Origin: Candidatus Pacearchaeota archaeon
GTDB lineage: Archaea; Nanobdellota; Nanobdellia; Pacearchaeales; GW2011-AR1
Length of the DNA stretch: 39,680 nt
Direction: 5' to 3'
NCBI GenBank assembly: GCA_002688335.1
Contig: NZCQ01000035.1
Coordinates: 1 to 39,680 of the forward strand
Shown here: piece by piece, positions 6,429 to 15,647 of the stretch
Layout of the letters: each line of letters begins with the position of its first letter
Position numbering within the stretch: the stretch's first letter is position 1
Made by a program: the position numbers and the translations under genes
The notes under the pieces: model-generated
What the model saw: the letters and a program-made list of their open reading frames with translations, nothing else
What the model was told of the DNA's origin: nothing
The model's database searches: none

Positions 6429-8987
6429 CTATCTCCTAGTAATTGATTCCTTTTTTCTTAAGAACCTTAATCCAATCCATCCAAAAACAACTAATCCAAT
6501 AAATAGCAGACCATAAGCAATTGTTTGCTTACTCTCTGGACCTCCAATAGCAGCTCCAGTAATATTTGGTCTAAATCTATTTATTAAATTTCTAAAAAAT
6601 TCTAATAATGGATTCCCTTGGTTTTCTTCACTTTCATTTATGATAATATCTTCTATCTCATTATCCACTACTTGTTCATCGATACTCTCATCATCAATAA
6701 CCTGGTTATCATTACCTGTACTAGCAGAACTTGTTGTAGTACTTCCCCCAGAACTTCTGCTACTACTAGAACTTCCCCCTCCACCTCCTCCGCCACCACT
6801 ACTAGGAGGAGCTGGACAAGAACCACAATCTACACCACATGAAGAACACGATTCTCCTTCGCTACATATAGAATCTCCACAAAATTCTTTTTGTTCTTTA
6901 ACAGCAGAATGCTTTAATCCAGTTATTTTATACTGCGTATTGTTATTTATTAACTCACATCCATAATCACTAGTTGTTCCAGGACAAGTTATCCAATATT
7001 CATTTTCTCCAGTACAATCTAATGTAAACTCATTAACTGATTCTATTTCTTGATCTTTAATACATAATCCAGTAACATCAGATATTTTATCAAGATAAAT
7101 AGTCTTAGTTTCATTTTGAGAATCTAAGTCTAATCCTCCTATAATTAGATAAGAATAACTACTCTCTTTAGAGTTTTGTTGTATAGAAAAATTCTCTATA
7201 TCTAAGAGCTCTCTAGTAACATCAAAATCAAATTCAATTAAAATCTTTTCATCACTTTCTACTTTATGTGATGTGAAATTCTCTGAGCTTAAATTAATAG
7301 TCGTTTCATTGTTTGATAAATGACTTAAATCACCAATAAATCCATCACAATTATTATCTGCCCCATCTCCCCTAATTTCATCGACTGGATCACCAGGAGC
7401 ACAGGTGTCTTCCTTTTCTCCAATAATGCATAAATAACTACCTTCCCTAGAACACTCACCTATTCCGCAATTAGTTGTCTCATTAAACCAAGTTTCATTA
7501 AAACCATCATCTTCTAAATCATCAATGCAATTATCATCTATAAGATTACAAGATTCAAAAGCTCCTGGATAAGTTAAGTCTCTTGAATCATCGCAGTCTG
7601 AACCTCCAACAATATCTATATCAAAATTATCTGCATCACTATCCAAATTTAAGCTCAACAAACTAACTGTTAAAGAGTCAACTTCAATATCTATAAAATA
7701 AAATCCATTAATAGCTATCTTATAATTATCGAAAGGAATTAAGGTTGTGAAGTCTATACTTTGTTCTGGGACAATATTTGATTTATCAACATAAAACCAT
7801 CTCTCAGTATTGATATTCTTCTCTAAAGATAAATTCTCAAAATCATTATTAATTGATATATCATCAAGTTGAATCTCAGAATAATCAACATCTATGATAA
7901 TAGCACCTTCTTTAGTTTGAGTTTGAGATAGACTCTCATAAAAAAATTCATTATTTCCAATCTTATCTTCAACATTTTCTCTGCTTAATTCATCTTTAAA
8001 AAACAAATTTGCAATTTGTCCTGAGGTAAAATCATCCTTAATGCTACTTGTTACAGCATGAAAATTATTTAGTAAAACCAAAGGAACATTTTCATCTAAT
8101 AGATGAGAATAAACAGTAGACACTACGCCATCGTTTGTTTCATCATGATTTGATAAACAATAACCATAAGCAGGACTTCCTCCACTTGTTTCATCAAACA
8201 ACTTATGGCCGGCAATGGTTAAGTAACTAACATCTTTATTTAACTCATTAGAATGGAACAATTCCCAAATATAATCACTGCCTATCTCAAAATCTTTGGT
8301 TGCCTCAGAATTTCCATTAAGCGATGGTACACTAAACAAATTATAGGGTTTAGCGGTACCATCAATTAGTTCCTGACAGTATGGATGATCTTCGTTAATA
8401 TTAATATTGGTTATACCGTCTACTAAATTGGCAAAATACGATCCATAAAGAGGGCTAGAAATTGTAACTATTTTGTTTATATCATCATTATATGCAAATA
8501 CATTTCCATTAGTATCAATCCCTAAATTGTGTATATAACCAATAACAGCTAATCCTCCCTGGCTGTGCGCAATAACATTAACATTATCAAATCCATTATC
8601 CCTGTATCCTTCCCCCAATATTTTACCTATAGATTCACCAACTACCCCTGCATTCTTTCTACTGCTCAGATTTGCAGGATAATAATCTAACCTCCAAACA
8701 TCATAACCTTCATTCCTTAGATAGTCTTCAATTTTCCATTCATCATCTTTTTCAGTGTTCCCATTAGCAATATTACTCCATCCATGAACTAATAAGATAG
8801 GTTGTCTTGATACATTGATAGTGTTGTTTTCAAATGTAATCGGTGTGCATGCAATACAACCTCCTCCGGTTCCCGTCCAACGTCCATGTGTTAAATCATA
8901 AGCAGGATAATCAACACCAACTTCATATGCATTAATAAAAGATATGTAGATTATCAATGTGGCAACAAGTATCGTTTTTAGTTTCAT
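6429..8987 (-). CDS. Large secreted, C-terminally anchored surface protein with an N-terminal lipase/esterase (alpha/beta hydrolase) domain and Cys-rich modules
   Basis: Signal peptide MKLKTILVATLIIYISFINA and nucleophile elbow VIAHSQGG (AxSxG, as in Bacillus LipA-type lipases). Repeated D/N/C-rich motifs follow (CDDSRDLTYPGAFESCNLIDDNC, DGADNNCDG). Then comes a G/S/T linker and a terminal TM helix plus a basic tail. Confidence 0.7.
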   Translation of the reverse strand: MKLKTILVATLIIYISFINAYEVGVDYPAYDLTHGRWTGTGGGCIACTPITFENNTINVSRQPILLVHGWSNIANGNTEKDDEWKIEDYLRNEGYDVWRLDYYPANLSSRKNAGVVGESIGKILGEGYRDNGFDNVNVIAHSQGGLAVIGYIHNLGIDTNGNVFAYNDDINKIVTISSPLYGSYFANLVDGITNININEDHPYCQELIDGTAKPYNLFSVPSLNGNSEATKDFEIGSDYIWELFHSNELNKDVSYLTIAGHKLFDETSGGSPAYGYCLSNHDETNDGVVSTVYSHLLDENVPLVLLNNFHAVTSSIKDDFTSGQIANLFFKDELSRENVEDKIGNNEFFYESLSQTQTKEGAIIIDVDYSEIQLDDISINNDFENLSLEKNINTERWFYVDKSNIVPEQSIDFTTLIPFDNYKIAINGFYFIDIEVDSLTVSLLSLNLDSDADNFDIDIVGGSDCDDSRDLTYPGAFESCNLIDDNCIDDLEDDGFNETWFNETTNCGIGECSREGSYLCIIGEKEDTCAPGDPVDEIRGDGADNNCDGFIGDLSHLSNNETTINLSSENFTSHKVESDEKILIEFDFDVTRELLDIENFSIQQNSKESSYSYLIIGGLDLDSQNETKTIYLDKISDVTGLCIKDQEIESVNEFTLDCTGENEYWITCPGTTSDYGCELINNNTQYKITGLKHSAVKEQKEFCGDSICSEGESCSSCGVDCGSCPAPPSSGGGGGGGGSSSSSRSSGGSTTTSSASTGNDNQVIDDESIDEQVVDNEIEDIIINESEENQGNPLLEFFRNLINRFRPNITGAAIGGPESKQTIAYGLLFIGLVVFGWIGLRFLRKKESITRR

Positions 8988-9054
8988 TTTAGTTTAGTCT
9001 TAACACTCTTATAGCGATGTAGCATTTATTTATAAACATTAATGTTTCCCTTTT

Positions 9055-9312
9055 ATGATATTTGAATTTGCAGAAATTAGGTGTATCTTAGAAGTTTTGA
9101 AATTGTTGAATAAGAATGAATCAAAATATTCTACGATGTTTAGGGAAACAAAAGTTAGCCACACTACTCTGCAACCAGTTTTAAAAGAATTGAATGAAAA
9201 GGATTTCATAAACAAACACGATGTAGGTCACATGAAAGTAGATTATGAAATAACTGATAGAGGAAATAAGCTCTTAAAACTCCTTACCGAATTAAAACAG
9301 CTAGTGAACTAA
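9055..9312 (+). CDS. Small winged-helix DNA-binding protein
   Basis: 85 aa. YSTMFRETKVSHTTLQPVLKELNEKDFINKH has an HTH-like pattern. Confidence 0.45.
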   Translation: MIFEFAEIRCILEVLKLLNKNESKYSTMFRETKVSHTTLQPVLKELNEKDFINKHDVGHMKVDYEITDRGNKLLKLLTELKQLVN

Positions 9313-9324
9313 AGAGCTTTTTAG

Positions 9325-9798
9325 TTATTTTGATAAGGGTCTAAATATATATAGGTAACACAATATAGCAAAGAAAACTGTTACAGCTATGTAGCTCCAA
9401 AATAACTCAATTTTTCCCATTATCTCCAATTCATTGATTAAGGTAAACATAGAGGTTAGAAAAATAACAGATGTTAAGTAGATTATTACGGTATTAAAAA
9501 TAGCACTTAATTTTTCTTTTTCATTATGTAATGCTACATCAAATCCTTTTTGAGTCAATTCTATGCTCCACTCACCATACCTTTTATCCTTATTCGTAGG
9601 TTCGATAATCTTTATCATCTCTTGTTTCTCCAAGAAATGTAATGGAGAAAAAACATCAAACTGAGTAAGACCTATTTCTTCTGCTATTTTTCTCTCAAAT
9701 TCATCTATGTCTTTTATGAACCCATATACCATGTTCGGGTTGTTATAAAGATATTTCAATAATCTTTTCCAAACATACTTATGTTTCTTTTCTTTCAT
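9325..9798 (-). CDS. Hypothetical protein, wHTH-like N-domain plus two C-terminal TM helices
   Basis: IAEEIGLTQFDVFSPLHFLEKQEMIKII is followed by VIIYLTSVIFLTSMFTLI and IAVTVFFAILCYLYIF. Confidence 0.45.
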   Translation of the reverse strand: MKEKKHKYVWKRLLKYLYNNPNMVYGFIKDIDEFERKIAEEIGLTQFDVFSPLHFLEKQEMIKIIEPTNKDKRYGEWSIELTQKGFDVALHNEKEKLSAIFNTVIIYLTSVIFLTSMFTLINELEIMGKIELFWSYIAVTVFFAILCYLYIFRPLSK

Positions 9799-9829
9799 TA
9801 AAATTAGTAGATTTTGTAGTTAAAAAATA

Positions 9830-10471
9830 TTAGTAAAAAGGGGTTACGGTTTCCTCTCCCCCAATATCTTTTGATTCATATTTTATTTTGCAGATTCTTT
9901 CCTCAGGGATAGATTCATAAATAAAGGAAACCATATATTCTGTAGTTCTATCAATTTCAGGAATACTAATAACAAACTCATCTTGTTTAAGCTCAGATAT
10001 ACTAACTCCATTTTCAGGACAGGCCATCATAAAAAAACCATCGAGAAAATCCTCCACAGACTCCCTATCTTGATTATGGCAATCAATGTTTAAATTTAGG
10101 TCATAAGTTTTTTTACCCTCATTTCTAATATAAATCCTAAGAAAATCATATCTATCTTCTTGTTTATCTAGTTTTAATCTCCACAATAGACTTGATGAAC
10201 AGGCATCTAGCTGATAGAATCCACTCAAAAATTCATAACTCATATCTTCTTCAGAATGTATTGAAAACATTATTTGAGGTTTATCTGGGATTAAAAGTGA
10301 AATATCCTTCTTTATGTCATTTATATCCTTAGATAAATTTTGATATTGATCATTAGTGTCTTTATCCATTTGATAGTCATGATATAATCCCCACCCCCCA
10401 ATAATTGTTCCTACTCCCGCTACTAGTAGCGTTAACAATGATATCACTATAATCCATTTATTTTCCATCAA
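9830..10471 (-). CDS. Hypothetical membrane-anchored protein
   Basis: 213 aa with an N-terminal TM helix (WIIVISLLTLLVAGVGTIIGGWGL). No family recognised. Confidence 0.45.
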   Translation of the reverse strand: MMENKWIIVISLLTLLVAGVGTIIGGWGLYHDYQMDKDTNDQYQNLSKDINDIKKDISLLIPDKPQIMFSIHSEEDMSYEFLSGFYQLDACSSSLLWRLKLDKQEDRYDFLRIYIRNEGKKTYDLNLNIDCHNQDRESVEDFLDGFFMMACPENGVSISELKQDEFVISIPEIDRTTEYMVSFIYESIPEERICKIKYESKDIGGEETVTPFY

Positions 10472-10549
10472 TATTATCTGTTTCGTGGAATTTTATATCT
10501 TTCTATACTCCTAAAATAATCTTATATACTTCAAATCTTTCTTTTTAAC

Positions 10550-11464
10550 ATGAAACAAATAATTGAAAAAGAAATTGAAAGAATCTTTAGCAAGAATAGT
10601 ATAGCTAAGGTAAAATCTATAAAAAAATTTGACATTGGATTTAATAATGACATTTATTCAATTAATGATAAATTCATTATAAAAATATGTAAAAATAGAT
10701 CAAAAGAGAATGATTTTAAAAAAGAAATTATTTACTATAAACTATTTAGAAACGAAATTCCAGTTCCTAAGATATTATTTGTGGATATATCTAAAAAAAT
10801 AATAAATAGATGTTATTTTGTTTACAAAAAGATAGAGGGAGAAAACCTCTATGCCAAATGGCACTTACTTAAAGGTTCTCAAAGAAAACAAATAGTAAAA
10901 CAAATTTGTGGGATATTGAAGATAATCAATAATTCCAATAAGAAAGGCCAAATAGATTGGCATAAGAAAAGATATTCTAAGATTAGAAAACTTCTTACTA
11001 AAATCACAAATAAAAACATCTTATCAAGTAAACTTATCCAAAAAACAAAAGATTTTGTAGAAAAAAATCATCATATATTAAAAGAGCAAAAACTAGGGTT
11101 AGTATATTGGGATTTGCATTTTGATAACATTCTCATTAAAAATTCAAAGGTGGTGGGATTCTTAGATTTTGAGGGTATTGATATTAGATCAATTGATAAC
11201 GTCTTAGATGCCATAAGAAGAATGCAAAATTATCCTAAAGTATATGCTTCAAAAGAATCTGAAAAATTTGTTAAGAGAAAAGACTACTCAAGTCTATTGA
11301 AATGGTTCGAGGAATTTTATCCAGAACTATTTGATTTTGACAAAATTAATAATAGATTAGATTGGTACTCAATAGAATATGATTTATCATTATTGCTCAG
11401 ATATCCTGACAATTTGGAGCTGAAGAAAAGATTGGCAAAAACTGTAAAATGGAAGATAATCTAA
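10550..11464 (+). CDS. APH/choline-kinase-fold phosphotransferase
   Basis: N-lobe IGFNNDIYSINDKFIIKICK (Lys), catalytic loop YWDLHFDNILI (D-x4-N, as in HGDLxxxN) and metal-binding GFLDFEG. Confidence 0.7.
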   Translation: MKQIIEKEIERIFSKNSIAKVKSIKKFDIGFNNDIYSINDKFIIKICKNRSKENDFKKEIIYYKLFRNEIPVPKILFVDISKKIINRCYFVYKKIEGENLYAKWHLLKGSQRKQIVKQICGILKIINNSNKKGQIDWHKKRYSKIRKLLTKITNKNILSSKLIQKTKDFVEKNHHILKEQKLGLVYWDLHFDNILIKNSKVVGFLDFEGIDIRSIDNVLDAIRRMQNYPKVYASKESEKFVKRKDYSSLLKWFEEFYPELFDFDKINNRLDWYSIEYDLSLLLRYPDNLELKKRLAKTVKWKII

Positions 11465-11937
11465 AGAAGTTGAAGTTAAAAGTTAGTATTGCAAAATTTT
11501 TAACATTTCATAAAAATAGAGTATCTCTTTTGAAAGAATTGTTGCAAAAGAAGGTTCATGGAAGACTTATATTCCAAGTTTCATTTCTTGGTTTCGAGAG
11601 TTTGGGAAAGGTATTATATCCAAAAGAAGAAAATTCCAAAAAAAGATTTCTTGATGCCTTGAAGGTTATTAATGTGGATGATGCTATTATTTTACATAAA
11701 TATTGGAGAAATCCTTTAACTCATGAAGGATTTGTATCGGGTATCTGGACATCATTAGAAACCTGGGGTGATGACGATCTCTCATTTGCATCATTTATTG
11801 ACGATTCTGATACTAATAAGATAAGAGGCGGTGTAGAATATCCCCCAGGTTCGATCCTTGCAATGTATGAGGGATTAATTAGATGTTCAGAAAATTACTT
11901 CAAGGAAAGGGAAATCAAGGAAGTTGTCATAGAATAA
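11449..11937 (+). CDS. Hypothetical protein with HEPN-like RNxxxH motif
   Basis: 162 aa. KYWRNPLTHEG matches the Rx4-6H HEPN signature, with the frequent Asn after Arg. It overlaps the kinase gene by 16 nt. The motif-only call is weak. Confidence 0.4.
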   Translation: MEDNLKKLKLKVSIAKFLTFHKNRVSLLKELLQKKVHGRLIFQVSFLGFESLGKVLYPKEENSKKRFLDALKVINVDDAIILHKYWRNPLTHEGFVSGIWTSLETWGDDDLSFASFIDDSDTNKIRGGVEYPPGSILAMYEGLIRCSENYFKEREIKEVVIE

Positions 11938-12028
11938 AACCTTTGGTAAAGGCTAACTATTGACAATTCAATTTGTAGGAAATTATTTAAAAAGAAATTA
12001 ATTTAAAATTTTAAGGTAATAATACAAA

Positions 12029-12703
12029 ATGGTAGGAAGATTATTTCTAAGCGGTGGAGGAGATGAAAAACAAACTTATAAAATTGATGAAGAATTTTTA
12101 AGGGGGGTTGAGAAAATTCTTTACATTCCAATTGCATGGAAGGATGGAGATTACGAAAGTTGTAAACGATGGTTTAGTAATGCAATGGGAATGCATAAAA
12201 AAGTTCATATTACGACACTAACAGAACTTTCCAATGCGCCAAGTCTTGAAGATTACGATGCAGTGTATGTTGGAGGGGGAAATACTTTTAAACTTCTTGA
12301 TGAAATGAAAAGATTTAATTTTGATGATAAATTACATAAATACTTTCTAAATGGAGGAACAGTTTATGGAGGTTCTGCTGGAGCAATAATCTGGGGTAAT
12401 GATATTAATATTGCATTGTATTGCGAAGATGCTGATGAAAATAAAGTTAATTTAAAGGATACAAAGGGTATAAACGTAGTCAGTAATTGTGATGTCCAAT
12501 GTCATTTCTTTGATAATCAAGAAAAAGAGCATTTAGATTATGTTGATGAAAATAATAGGAATGTTGTAGCACTACCAGAAGAATCTGCTTTATTAATATC
12601 AAAGGACGGGTCTAAGGTAATTGGTGATAAACCGGTAACTTTATTTACAAGGGGAAAGATTAAAAAATTTGAAGTTGGAGAAAATTTCAATATGAGTTAT
12701 TAG
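12029..12703 (+). CDS. Peptidase S51 family (dipeptidase E-like)
   Basis: VYVGGGNTFKLLDEM and the nucleophile motif YGGSAGAII. Confidence 0.7.
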   Translation: MVGRLFLSGGGDEKQTYKIDEEFLRGVEKILYIPIAWKDGDYESCKRWFSNAMGMHKKVHITTLTELSNAPSLEDYDAVYVGGGNTFKLLDEMKRFNFDDKLHKYFLNGGTVYGGSAGAIIWGNDINIALYCEDADENKVNLKDTKGINVVSNCDVQCHFFDNQEKEHLDYVDENNRNVVALPEESALLISKDGSKVIGDKPVTLFTRGKIKKFEVGENFNMSY

Positions 12704-12733
12704 ATTTTTATACATCTATAACCATCAATATAT

Positions 12734-13480
12734 ATGAAAAAGAAAATAGCAGTTATTGGTAAGGGAAAGTTTGGATCTCAAATCGCCACAATATTAAAAG
12801 ATAAATATGGATCAGAATATTTATTTCCAACAAGAAAAGATAAGAATAAGACTGATAAAGATAAAACAGATTTCCCAAATATATCCATTAATAATATTAA
12901 GGCTGTAGAAAATTCAGATATAATTCTCTTACTTACGCATCCAAAAGATGCCAGTGAAGTCTTACAAGAGATAGATTCAGTTATTAATAATAGATTGATA
13001 GTTAATTTTACATCAAAGGAGTTAGATTCACAACATCCCTTATTAAATGTTGCTTGTTCGCCAGTAATTGAAGGAAGAATTACTACGATTTTGTATAATC
13101 CAAATGAAAAAGTCAAGAAAAAAGACATAGAAATGTTTGCAGAAATATTTAAGCCATTAGCAAAAAATTTCATGGAGTGTGATAATTCAGTTGCTGAACT
13201 AGGTCTTATGTCAAGAATCCGTGCTCATATTTTCAATTATTATAGAGACTTATTAAAAGAAGGTCATAATGGAAGTAATCTTAAATCTCACTTTGACCAT
13301 GCTATTGAAAGCCTACTAAATTCTGAAGGTATTGAGAACCAAACACAAAAAGCTCAGACCAAGGGAGGATTTACTGAGGAGATAAATAATCTATATAATG
13401 AAGACAATTTATTTGAAAAATTGGTTAAAAAAGAAAAAGATGTCATAAATAGTAAAATAAAATCTATTCAGGAAAATTAA
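12734..13480 (+). CDS. NAD(P)-binding oxidoreductase, pyrroline-5-carboxylate-reductase-like
   Basis: N-terminal Rossmann stretch KKIAVIGKGKFGSQIA. The C-terminal TKGGFTEE resembles the ProC SPGGTT motif. Function uncertain. Confidence 0.5.
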   Translation: MKKKIAVIGKGKFGSQIATILKDKYGSEYLFPTRKDKNKTDKDKTDFPNISINNIKAVENSDIILLLTHPKDASEVLQEIDSVINNRLIVNFTSKELDSQHPLLNVACSPVIEGRITTILYNPNEKVKKKDIEMFAEIFKPLAKNFMECDNSVAELGLMSRIRAHIFNYYRDLLKEGHNGSNLKSHFDHAIESLLNSEGIENQTQKAQTKGGFTEEINNLYNEDNLFEKLVKKEKDVINSKIKSIQEN

Positions 13481-14616
13481 CTATCATACCTATTAGACTT
13501 ATCATATCCAATAACTAAAAGGTTTTTTCCTTCAACATTTTTAGCTATATCTAATGCGACATTGATTCCTGCTTTTGTGGTTCTACCAAATCCATCTGCA
13601 GATTCAATAGGAGAATCCCAGTGTACTAATTTCTTAGTATCATCTCTACCAGTTAGGTCACTATACTGTGCATCCATCCTCTCACTGCTAACAAGAGCAA
13701 CATCATCAACCAATTCTAATGAATTTGTTATATGGGGAAAGTCAATTCCTTGAAAGCTAGTTCCAGGTAATTCATGTCTAGATAAACTTCCGGGTTTAAT
13801 TCCAAATCTTCTCTCATACTCTCCAGGATGTTTTAAATCATATAGAACAGCAGCTTGAACAGTCTCAAAAGGAACAATTCTCGTTCTTGTATCATCTATT
13901 GATTGAACTTCCTTTCCTAAATCAAATCCTCGTAAATTATAGGGAGCTCCTTCTTCCATAAAAGTTCCAAGAATGCCTTGAGCCATATTATTCCAATACT
14001 GAAATACTCTACCAGGCCCTAAAACACTAGATCCGTTTCCAATTGCTGGAATAAAGTAATGAATATTATCTAATTCCTCAAATGCCTCACTTGCTATGCC
14101 TTCTAAAGCTCTTAATGTGAGTTCATTATTGGTCCCCCTTTCTTCACCCATTGAGTGGTTCATAAAATGATACTCTCCCTTATTTTTAACCAAAAATCTT
14201 CTTAGAAATCTTGGAAATCCATTTACATAATCTTCCGCAGGAGTAAAAATTAAATGGTCTTCATCAGGTAATTGTTCTAATATAGCTCTTTCCCTTGCTT
14301 TCTCTCCACCTGCAGGTAGAACCATATAACAATCATATCCTAGTTCCTTACCAATTCCTGCAAAAGAAACTCCTGCAGAACCAGAACTTGTTTCTAACAC
14401 CTTATCTCCTGGTTTAATCCTACCTCTTTGCTCATCATGCTTAAATATCTCAAGATATACCCTATCGTAATGACTTTGAAAAGGATTGTCAAATTCCCTT
14501 TTTATCCATATAGAATTACCATTAGGAACTTGTCCTTCGTATCTAACTAATGGAGTTCCACCTATTTTTTCTTCCCATTCTCTATAAAGTGTTCCTCTAT
14601 CTTCTTGCATTTTCAA
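13477..14616 (-). CDS. Fold-type II PLP-enzyme homologue (cysteine synthase / Trp-synthase-beta superfamily) lacking the expected Schiff-base lysine
   Basis: IGGTPLVRY, ETSSGSAGVSFAG (compare TSGNTG) and IPAIGNGSSVLG (compare GxGTGGT). The NPxxSxKxR motif reads NPFQSHYDR here. Confidence 0.65.
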   Translation of the reverse strand: MKMQEDRGTLYREWEEKIGGTPLVRYEGQVPNGNSIWIKREFDNPFQSHYDRVYLEIFKHDEQRGRIKPGDKVLETSSGSAGVSFAGIGKELGYDCYMVLPAGGEKARERAILEQLPDEDHLIFTPAEDYVNGFPRFLRRFLVKNKGEYHFMNHSMGEERGTNNELTLRALEGIASEAFEELDNIHYFIPAIGNGSSVLGPGRVFQYWNNMAQGILGTFMEEGAPYNLRGFDLGKEVQSIDDTRTRIVPFETVQAAVLYDLKHPGEYERRFGIKPGSLSRHELPGTSFQGIDFPHITNSLELVDDVALVSSERMDAQYSDLTGRDDTKKLVHWDSPIESADGFGRTTKAGINVALDIAKNVEGKNLLVIGYDKSNRYDS

Positions 14617-14820
14617 TTTTCTCAGAATTAATCTGAGGTATTATCACCTCTATAATATATGTTAAAATACACATTTTTAAGCCTTTCGCATTATAGTCTA
14701 TTTTCCGAAATAAACTGCTGAATCTTATGTGTAAACTTACGAAAGAAATTTCGGATTTTGGTAAAATAGATGGCATTTTAATAGATAAATTAATTTAAAT
14801 CATCCTTATGTTAGGATATC

Positions 14821-15600
14821 ATGGACTTTGAACCAATTAATTTAGATGGATTTGATGGTAGAGATGAAGCATTGGCAAAAATTAAAAGATATATCCATCA
14901 TATAACGCCTATAATGTTCTATAGAACAAATGATTTGATTCATTCAAAAAGGGTCCTCTGGCACCTTGAACAAGCCATACCGGACATTTTACAAGTATAC
15001 GGGACGGACTTTGATGTCAAATATTCTAGGACATTAGCACTAGTTCATGATGATGTTGAAATACTTACTGGAGATGTTCAATTGCATGATAAAGAACATA
15101 TGGGATCTGGGGAGCTTGAAGCCTTGGCCGCAGAAGAAAATAATGCTATACCAAAATTAGTGTCGATGTATAATGGAATAGCAAATGGATACGATTATGC
15201 TGAGTTACTAGCTACTGCTAAAGAAAAGGATAGATTAGAATCACAATTTGTTTCATTTTTTGATAAATTTGACGGAGGAGGTGAAGCATGGCATGAAGTA
15301 TGGGCAGGAAATCATTGTTTTCTACTTCCTGCTGGAGGAAATCACGGAAAAGAAGGAGGGTATGTAAGGAGATTAAATGAATTTCCAACTAAATATCCTG
15401 CTATGTCAAGATTCTTTGATCAATTTCCAGAATATTTACCACAGCCGTTTGATTTTAAATCAGTAGCAGATAGAAGCAAACCTCATACAGAAATTTCATT
15501 GCAAGAAGATAGTGGGTATTCTCCATATGAAAGATGGAGAATACCAATTATGAAACATGAAGGTGCTGATATCCTTACAACACAGATAGAATTTAGCTAG
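14821..15600 (+). CDS. HD-domain phosphohydrolase (YfbR-type 5'-nucleotidase-like)
   Basis: H...HD...D pattern: IHSKRVLWHLE ... LALVHDDVEILTGDV. Confidence 0.6.
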   Translation: MDFEPINLDGFDGRDEALAKIKRYIHHITPIMFYRTNDLIHSKRVLWHLEQAIPDILQVYGTDFDVKYSRTLALVHDDVEILTGDVQLHDKEHMGSGELEALAAEENNAIPKLVSMYNGIANGYDYAELLATAKEKDRLESQFVSFFDKFDGGGEAWHEVWAGNHCFLLPAGGNHGKEGGYVRRLNEFPTKYPAMSRFFDQFPEYLPQPFDFKSVADRSKPHTEISLQEDSGYSPYERWRIPIMKHEGADILTTQIEFS

Positions 15601-15647
15601 AAATTCTAAATAGAAAACAATATTAATGCTAATTTTGATTATATTCT

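Noticed and set aside
6618-6966. Two + strand ORFs (74 and 108 aa) rich in Pro/Leu/Thr/Ser runs
   Set aside because: They are antisense shadows of the Gly/Ser/Thr linker of the 852-aa surface protein. The apparent tandem repetition is coding low complexity, not a repeat element.
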